From Octopus vulgaris (Eukaryota), in assembly GCA_951406725.2 (NCBI GenBank), contig OX597821.1, forward strand, positions 40,300,001-40,364,000: a stretch of DNA of 64,000 bases, given 5' to 3'. Shown one piece after another: positions 55,016 to 64,000 of the stretch. The translations under genes were made by a program, and so were the position numbers. Below the pieces are notes generated by a model. The model did no database searches and was not told where the DNA came from. It saw only the letters and a program-made list of their open reading frames with translations. How positions within the stretch are numbered: position 1 is the first letter of the stretch; every line of letters begins with the position of its first letter.

Positions 55016-55829
55016 CAAAGGAACACTAAGCCTAAATAATCCTGTAAGGGGAAATGCGTATGCTTGACCTGTTAGAAACAGCAACCAAGTCTCCTTTAAA
55101 TCACACCCAAGCATCTTTAAAAAAAAGGACATTACGTTACATAGTCCTCAATCAATTTAACGAGAGGGTGCCGGAATGCCTTTCATTGTAGGCTTGCTTA
55201 ATTTAAACAAACTTCAACTAAATGCAAAAGTAAAATCTCCCCAAACCTTTTATCACAATCTAAAGTTATTTGTATATTGTGAGGGAAAATTGGGAAGGGG
55301 GAAACTATACAGAAGCCCATTGGGTAAGTTGTACCTGTATTTCAAAGGTCTCAGCTTTGTTACTCTGATTTTGTCTAAAAATCACATTAACTAGACATGA
55401 ATGTGTAGAATACACAGCCACTTAGATGGAAATGCGATGCACCTGGTAGTCGGGTGAACAACTGACAATATCTGGTAAGAAGTTCTCACCAACAGAGAGA
55501 AAGGATAATTAAGGAGTGACTTCATTCTCCCCACAATTCCAAAACTTCTGAACCGAAGCCTCACCACTAGGATGCAGTCTTATGTCATACCCAGGACAAA
55601 CAAACATACATACAAGCATACATAATGGCGGTGCCCCAGCATGGCCACAGCTCATTAGCTGAAAATAGAAAAATCAAATCAAAATCAAAATCATACATAA
55701 CGGCTGCATTTCGAGCAGTGCCATTGTTTGATTGTTCTTTTTAATATGAGCTGCACAGATAGGGACAAAATGAAAGGTCGCTAAGAGTTGCTAGCAATTC
55801 TGCCAACTTACTATAAAAGTCAACAGCAA

Positions 55830-55994
55830 ATAATAATAATAATAATAATAATAACAATAATAATAATAATAATAATAATAGTTCGAATACTCTGCAAGGT
55901 GCTCGAAAAATAAGAGGTGTTACCTTAGTTCATTGGTAGTGAACAGCTGACACCATAGTACATTTCCAGTGTTAGAAGCTGTGTAAAGGCAATG

Positions 55995-56028
<34 letters not shown>

Positions 56029-56339
56029 GGTATGTGATAAGGAAGAAAGCGAAGTTGATAGATATGACACGTTAGCTTGGGAGGTTAAGCAGTTGTGGTC
56101 GATGAAAAAAGTGGTAGTAGTACCAATAATTGTCTGAGTCCTGGGAACAGTGAGTAAAATTCTTGGAACAAATAGGGCCAGTAATAAGGGTGGACCACTT
56201 GCAGAAAACAGCACTGCTTGGAACCGCTTGAATACTTTGGAAGGTGCTCGAAAAATAAGGAGTGTTACTTTAGTTCACTGGTAGTGAACAGCTGGCACCA
56301 TAGTATATCTCTAGCGTTAGTTAGAAGCTGTGCAAAGGC

Positions 56340-56382
<43 letters not shown>
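55830..56382 (+). mobile_element. two tandem R4/Dong 3' ends embedded in (TAA)n
   Basis: (AAT)n - RILCKVLEK* plus UTR (55881-55990) - (AAT)n - NKVCDKEESEVDRYDTLAWEVKQLWSMKKVVVVPIIV*VLGTVSK...LQKTALLGTA*ILWKVLEK* plus the same UTR (56023-56340) - (AAT)n. Confidence 0.88.
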
Positions 56383-56386
<4 letters not shown>

Positions 56387-56426
56387 CAACAACCACAACA
56401 ACAACAACAACAATGATGATGATGAT

Positions 56427-56836
56427 ACTCTTTTACTCTTTTACTTGTTTCAGTCATTTGACTGCGGCCATGCTGGAGCACCACCTTTAGTCAAGCAACT
56501 AAACCCCGGGACTTATTCTTTGTAAGCCCAGTATTCTATCGGTCTCTTTTGCCGAACCGCTAAGTGACGGGGATATAAACACACCAGCATCAGTTGTCAA
56601 GCAATGCTAGGGGGACAAACACAGACACACAAACACACACGCACACACATATATATATATATACATATATACAACGGGTTTCTTTCAGTTTCCGTCTACC
56701 AAATCCACTCACAAGGCTTTGGTCGGCCCGAGGCTATAGTAGAAGACACTTGCCCAAGGTGCCGCGCAGTGGGACTGAACCCGGAACCATGTGGTTGGTA
56801 AGCAAGCTACTTACCACACAGCCACTCCTGCGCCTA
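56427..56836 (-). mobile_element. SINE type A, full-length, CpG-rich (young), inserted in (ATG)n
   Basis: Complete from the head aggcgcaggagtggctgtgtggtaag to the tail (aaaagagt)n, with atgatgatga on both sides. Confidence 0.92.
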
Positions 56837-57784
56837 TGATGATGAGAATAATAATCATCGTTGTAGTTCATTTTGTTCTAGCAGCCGTATAATGATGACC
56901 AAGCCTGGGCTGCTCCCCCACAGGGCACCTGTTGGGTGAAATCCATTACTTGTAATTCTGTCCTCATTTACACCATTGTTTGTGTCAGTCCTATTATTCA
57001 TTGCTCTCATGCAGAGGAAAGTTTTGATAAGGTGTCACAACCACCAGTATTTCTATCAAAACATCATCACTAAAGAGGTTTGTCTAAAAAGACTCAAAAG
57101 GGCCTCTCTACCCTTAAAAGTTTAAGTGAGCTGTCTTACGCTGGGCCCCAACTCAGTATCCAGAGCTCCACAGCTAGTAAAAGAGTAGTTATTTGGATGG
57201 CCGATGACACCTCAGGGTTCATCTGCCCTCAGTGCCTTTAGACAGGTCCAAGTAGCAAAAAGCACCCTCCTTACAAAGAAAGCTCTGTTGAGTAGCTGGT
57301 TTAGTTACCAACAGCCCAACAGCTGAAAAACCCCCAGAAAATCTGTGAAGTGGTAGAGAGAAGTTAAAAAGAAACAAGGAGTTTAGTAGTCAAGTTAATT
57401 ATTGTTAAATGGATATTAGCATTTACTTTATAAGTTTGGCTAGGTTGCCGGTAATGAACAGGCGGGCTGCGGGGAGGTAAATTTGCAACAAGCTAGTCTC
57501 ACAGTCTGTTTGATTGGCTAGTCACACACCGTGTTTAATTGCTTTGATGGTGGTTAGGCATGGCTGAGAGGGGTTCGAGGAAGAAGTGCAGCAGTCTGGA
57601 GGTAAAAGAACTGCTTTCCATATGTATGTGTATAAAGAAGTCTACATTTTAGAAATACAGAATTTGTACAGAAATATATAATAGGATAAACATTGGCTTA
57701 AAGGGAATCTAAAAAAAACTGGAAGGCAAAATGCTTAGCAGCATTTTGCCCAGCATGCTTATAATTCTGCCAGCTCGTTGCCTT

Positions 57785-57940
57785 AATGATAATAATGATG
57801 ATGATGATGATGATGATGATAATGATGATGATGATGATGATGATGATAATGATGATGATGATAATGATGATGATGATGATGATGATGATAATGATGATGA
57901 TGATAATGATGATGATGATGGTGATGATGATGATGATGAC
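57785..57940. repeat. (GAT)n/(AAT) microsatellite
   Basis: Directly visible. Confidence 0.95.
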
Positions 57941-58139
57941 GTGGCGACTATGATGTATATGTATTTATCTGTCGCTCTGTTCGTCTTTTTTAAAATCTAA
58001 GTGAAAACAGGGAGATGCTGTGATAAGAATAAGGAGAAAGAAAGAGAGAAGGAAAAAGAAAAGAAAACAAATCCCAAAAAGAAAACAAAAAAAACAGTAA
58101 GATGGATTTCATTTAAACCCTCTGTAATCCCATCTTTTT

Positions 58140-58535
58140 ACCTTTTTACCCTTTACCTTTGATTTGTTTTGGCCATTAGACTGTGGCCATGCTGGGGCAG
58201 CACATTGAAAAATTTTTAGTCAAATGGATTGACCTTAGTACTTATTCTATTGGTCTCTTTTGACAAACTGCTAAGTTTAGAGGGACATAAACACACCAAC
58301 ACCGGTTGTCATGTGGTCGTGAGGGACAAACCCAGACACACACGCACACACACACACATGCACACAGCTACATGACAGGCTTCTTCCAGTTTCCATCTAC
58401 CAAATCGACCAACGAAAATTTGGTTGGCCCAAGGTTATAGTAGAAGACATTTGCCCATGGTGCCGGTGCCATGCTGTGGAACTGAACACAGAACTATGTG
58501 GTTGGAAAGTAAGCTTTTTACCACACAGCCATACC
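58140..58535 (-). mobile_element. SINE type A, older copy
   Basis: gactgtggccatgctggggcagc ... tttaccacacagccatacct. Confidence 0.8.
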
Positions 58536-58760
58536 TGTATTTTATTTATATTCTTTCTGTATTCCTGTGCTGAGAAAAATAATAAATCTCTCACAGGTGA
58601 GCAACTTAAATCAAATTACAGCTTTGGTGTTAAGATTTCAGCTGTATATGTTATGATTTCTATAGACTACATCAAAAGCCAGTCTCAGAAATAAATGTGT
58701 ACAAAACTGCTTCTGTAGGTGAGGGGTTCTACACACCTGATCTAAATTAACCAATGCACT

Positions 58761-59100
58761 TTAAATCGTTTGGAAATTAGTAGATTTTATGAAGTGACTA
58801 TAATCATCTTCACTATTTAATCTGAACAATACTCCTGATATGAGACACAGTGTTGAATACTCTTCTATAAAATAACCATTAACCCCAAACTTTGATTCTG
58901 TCATAATGGTTGCAAACATCAATACCACGCATTTCATCCCTCTTACATTAATTGAAGTAATGACAATTTTTCTCATTAGTTTTCTTCCAGCTTTTCAAGT
59001 AATCAATAGTCGCTATGATTATCTTCATACCGGTCACTTCAAATAAACGATAAACATGTTGAATTGGCAAGTAATTTCATCACAAGTATTTTTGGTTTAT
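58761..59100 (-). mobile_element. possible L1-like ORF1/ORF2 junction relic
   Basis: MRKIVITSINVRGM resembles the APE start motif (I.SLNVRGL). The rest is unrecognisable. Confidence 0.35.
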
Positions 59101-60061
59101 TTGAAATGACCATTAGTGTTAACGTTAGCCTGCATTTTAGATGTATATCCTGCCATTTCTGTTTTCGCTAACAACTCAATTCCTGTTTGTTGTTCTGCAA
59201 TTACGAAACATCACCTTCATTTGTAAACCTAATCTATTACGGAACTTTCATTACGATTAACTATATTATAATCTTTTGAGGTCCTTTATCAGATCTTAGC
59301 TAAATATTTTGAGGGAAATTGAAATTTCCTAACGAGAGGATATTGCAACCACATTCCCGAGAGGTTTGCGTAAGTTTGAGAATGAGAAAAACCAATATCA
59401 GCAGAGTGCATAACCCTATTCAGTGCTCAGAACTTTAATCACTCAACTGTTTATTGATGGCTAGCGTGGTCTTTATCAAAAGCTTATCATCTAGGGGCGC
59501 CTGGTACTCATCCACCATCAAACAACATATTACTAACGTTTTCTTCTAAAATATCTCTCAATAGACCAGTAAAAGTGTAATTCACAACAATAAAACTCGA
59601 TGATGAAGTAGTAACAACAATTAAAAAAACCTATTAAGGATTTATTAGAAAAAAAGACATGAACTACAACCAGACCAAGTAAAATGAAATAAAATATGCA
59701 ACAGTCAAAAGTATTTAGAAAGACAAGCTGGTACTTCATCATATTTGTTCATATAGGAATGTAAAGCCCCAACTGAACTAAGTGGAAATCAATGAACAAA
59801 AGAAATAGAAAATATGAGAAAAAATCTCAAAATTGTAAATAAAATCAACAACAAAACAACACTATATGTTTGTGAGTATGTGTGTGTGTGTGTGCATGTG
59901 TGCATGTGTGTATGCCTCTCTCTCTCTCTCTTTATATATATATAAAAGAAATAATTGAGATTCAGTTGAATTAGGTACTTAGGTTGAAGTACCAAATCAG
60001 TCTGGTATTATCCGTACAGCTTGAAGTGTGTGTGTGTGTGTGTGTGTGTGAGCTTATTTTC

Positions 60062-60122
<61 letters not shown>

Positions 60123-60421
60123 TATTCTAAGGAATTTCAACGCTGTTTATTATGTTTTATTTATATTCTTTATAATATTAATGTAGAATATAGAATATAT
60201 AGTATAAATAGTATATATATATATAGTAAAATGAAATGAAGTATTGATTGTCTTATTGAATAGATGAAATGCTGAATATAAAATATTAGGGGACTAGTAT
60301 ACTTTCATGCATTGTAGCAGTCTTCAAGGTCCCAGGTTGTGACAGGAGTGTTGCAACTGTATATATATATATACATACATAAACACGCACACACACACAG
60401 ACACACACACACGCATGCATG

Positions 60422-60461
<40 letters not shown>

Positions 60462-61352
60462 CGTAAGCACACACATATATATATATATGTATATGTATTT
60501 AAAGAACTAGCAGCAGGTAGTTCTATACTTGTCTGCTATTTGTTTTCTTACATATCCAACTTGTAATTCTTCCTTCACTTTCTTCTATGAGAATGAAACA
60601 AACTGAAGTTTGTCATGAATCATTACTTAAATTATATATACACAGACTCACCCATGTATTTTCTTTTGTTTTTCCGTGTGTGTGTGTGTGTGTGTGTGTT
60701 TGTGTGTGTGTTTAGTCCTTTCAGCTGCTCCATTTAATACATACTGAAAACGTTCACCTGTTTTGATAGACATGGCTATATGTCTTCTCTCCTTACCTTT
60801 CCTTACCTTACCTTTCCCTCAACAAAATCTGTTTTGTATCACCATTTTGATCTGCACTTAGCTCCCACAAAGCCTGGCACCCACAACTGAGGATTAGGTT
60901 TGCTGTACATACAGAGATCATATCCACGTACCAGGACAAAGAGGAATACTCCAGAACATACCTTTTCTACCTTTTTTTTATAAGAGAGTTGATCCATATT
61001 CATAATTATTTTGAGGCAAGTAACGCTGCCAAAGAGTTATTTCCTTTATTTTTCCATCATTTTGATTGCCATTTGTAAAACTGTTATTTTTCTGTGAAAT
61101 CTAAATATCTGTGTTTCCTTGTTTACCTGTTGCCATTTTTCTTTCTGTTTGTCAATTTTTAAAAATTTGTGTTCTTGTTTATGAAGTTTTCAAAAACCAG
61201 TTCAAAATTCTTGGGGGCATGTAAACCAGATGAAGAAATGTTGTTATGCAAATAATCATATTTACAAAATATGATATACAAAAACTTCTAACAACAAACC
61301 ATATTCTTTCCACCCTAAGGTGAAAAAGCGGATATTCAATTGCTCTAATGCA

Positions 61353-61735
<383 letters not shown>

Positions 61736-62230
61736 TGTGTCAGTAAAAAAGTGCATTGGAGTGCTAGTCAATTTTGTGGATTTGAAGTAACAGAAAAATG
61801 GTATGAACATGAATCAGAGGCTGCAATGGTAAACAAAATTTATAGGATATTATAGGATTTCCCCATAACGACTGATGTGCCTGAAGAGTGCAGCATCTCA
61901 AAACAAGTTGGTGCCCCAGCGTGGCCACACTCTAATAACTTAAATAATCAAAAGAGATAAAAGAGGATAATACTGAAGTAAGGAGACAAGATACGAGTGT
62001 AGCGAGCAAAAATAATGTAAGATCATAGACTTTGCCAAACAAAAGAGCTGTGGATATCAACAAATTGTGAAAATTAGGAAATTCTTCTCAATTTCAGATC
62101 TAACAGCAGAGATGATGAGATTGTGGAACACAAAGATGATAATAGATCCTCTGCTATTAAGTGCAGCTGGTGCAGCACCCAAATTAAGAGACTGAAGGAC
62201 ATTGCAACTGAGGCGTACATTGTTGACCCA
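61736..62230 (+). mobile_element. R4/Dong-type LINE C-terminal (RLE) fragment
   Basis: KKVHWSASQFCGFEVTEKWYEHESEAAMVNKIYRIL*DFPITTD and SDLTAEMMRLWNTKMIIDPLLLSAAGAAPK. It begins directly after (AAT)n, with a solo SINE/LINE tail at ~61908-61962. Confidence 0.8.
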
Positions 62231-62418
62231 CCAGCTTTTCTTCTTTGGCAAGACAGGGCTAAGTTAACTCCCATTCGCCTATTCCCTCATAACTTACTTC
62301 TCCCAAATTAGCTTTTACATGCAGTGGACCAATGCCCTGCACTTCTTTCTAACTAGCTTTGTTTTCGGAGCTCTAATTAAAAATCTGGTCATTATCACTT
62401 GTGTGTAATCTGAGTGTG

Positions 62419-62455
<37 letters not shown>

Positions 62456-62925
62456 CATGAATGTGCATGTATATCAAGAAGTGAATATCTCTTTTGCCAA
62501 AGATGTATGTCTATTATCAGTTATTTTTTTGTTTGTTTTATTTGCTTTAGAAGGACCTAAATGCTATTATTACCTTTGTCAGAATCTTCTCCTCATTTCA
62601 CCACTATGTCATGTTTTACAAATATTTTCTAAAAATTATCTGAATGCAAAATGTTCATTATGTAAAGTCTTTTTCTCTCAAAATGGTTAACTGCCTACCA
62701 TTCCAGGGGCATAAGGCTTTCTTGCAAGTCTTACTTTCTGTTTGTGTTTAGTTTGGGGTTGAATGATCCTTACTTCATTTTCTTGTTGCCCCATATAGTG
62801 AAAATAACAGCACCAAAACAAAGCACTGCATATACCAAAGGCACACAGAGCTGCACTCAGTAGTGCTGTGAAAAGCACACGATAAAAAAAACTGCTGAAT
62901 AATAATGATAATGATGATAATAATG

Positions 62926-62959
<34 letters not shown>

Positions 62960-62963
<4 letters not shown>

Positions 62964-63160
62964 GGATCATAATATAGCATGTTCAGCTGACAACAAGGTA
63001 TGTAATAAGGAAGAAATAAAAGTCGATAGATATGACAAGTTAGCTTGGGAGGTTAAGCAGTTGTGGTTGCTGAAAAAGGTAGTAGTAGTACCAATAATTG
63101 TTGGAGTCCTGAGAACAGTGAGTAAAAATATTGAGTAAAAATTTGATAGGGCATTATAAA
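62960..63160 (+). mobile_element. R4/Dong-type RLE fragment after (AAT)n
   Basis: IACSADNKVCNKEEIKVDRYDKLAWEVKQLWLLKKVVVVPIIVGVLRTVSKNIE, same family as 56023-56340. Confidence 0.88.
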
Positions 63161-63416
63161 TATATAAAGACACAGTTCACATTCAAAAACGAGAGATAAT
63201 GACTCTGTTTGTGTCTTAACTCTACAGCGTTATATTAATTCAATAAATAAGTAAGGATTGTAAAACTGATCTAAAGGAATTGAAAACTAAACCAAATTAC
63301 ACTTGATAATACATATATAATCATATATTATCATATATCATCATATATTATATATATATATATATATCAATAAATGAAAGAAGGGAGTTGAACGACGATT
63401 TAACAAAATTGCTTTA

Positions 63417-63500
63417 TTCTCGACATATGTTTCGAAGGCTGCATATTCCTAATTTCGAAGGAATAAGGGGTGCATTATGCCGCCTTCTCATCAGGAAAAA
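63417..63500 (-). ncRNA. type I hammerhead ribozyme, intact core, extended stem II
   Basis: Reverse complement ttttc-CTGATGA-gaaggc-[g gcata..ttcct tcgaaatt aggaa tatgc a]-gccttc-GAAA-catat-GTC-gagaa. All core nucleotides are present with a GUC cleavage triplet. Stem I ttttc/gagaa, perfect 6-bp stem II base, palindromic stem III ACATATGT. Confidence 0.8.
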
Positions 63501-64000
63501 CAAGGAACTTATGTCAGCATCAAGATGAACAAAAACTCTTAGATGGCTGCCCACACGGAGTCCATAGTGATAATGAGTGTTTCCATACTAAGATAATTCA
63601 TTCAACTACTTATATATATATGTGTATATATATATGTATATTTATAATCATATATCATCATATATTATCATATATTATTATACTTATATAATCAATCAAT
63701 CATCCTATAGATCTGGTACCTCTCAAAGAAGCTTTCACCTGCTTCTTAGGACCAATTGATCCATGCTCACCACCATTGGCACAGAACCCTTCTCCACTTC
63801 TTTATCCAAAGGCCTCATTCTAATATTTGCTACTAAGACTAGAAATGGTATTCAAACACAAAAATTATACCAAAGCAGGCAGAAGAGTATTATGTTGTCC
63901 TTGGATTCAGTGGCTCTAGTTAAACCTTCAGACCCATGCCAACACAGAACATGGGACATTAGATGATGATGATGATGATGACAATGATGGTGGTGGCGGC

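Overview
AT-rich, microsatellite-dense eukaryotic DNA whose repeat repertoire fits an octopod cephalopod (Octopus-like) intergenic or intronic region. The taxon is inferred from the SINE/LINE types and is not verified. I found no intact host protein-coding gene. Almost all ORF-track entries are microsatellite artefacts or pieces of decayed transposons. The window is a layered transposon graveyard. It holds at least four tRNA-derived SINE types, many 5'-truncated RTE LINEs, and R4/Dong-type LINEs sitting in (TAA)n. It also holds Penelope-like fragments sitting in (TA)n, three ZMYM1-type hAT transposase relics, mariner- and piggyBac-type MITEs, a non-autonomous Helitron, L1/CR1 relics and a 47-bp minisatellite. 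The most notable structured signal is a set of hammerhead ribozyme motifs. One copy (63417-63500, minus strand) has a complete catalytic core, a palindromic stem III and an unusually long stem II. Two degenerate long-stem-II relatives and four minimal copies also occur. All protein and family assignments are by-eye motif recognition with approximate boundaries; no searches were run.
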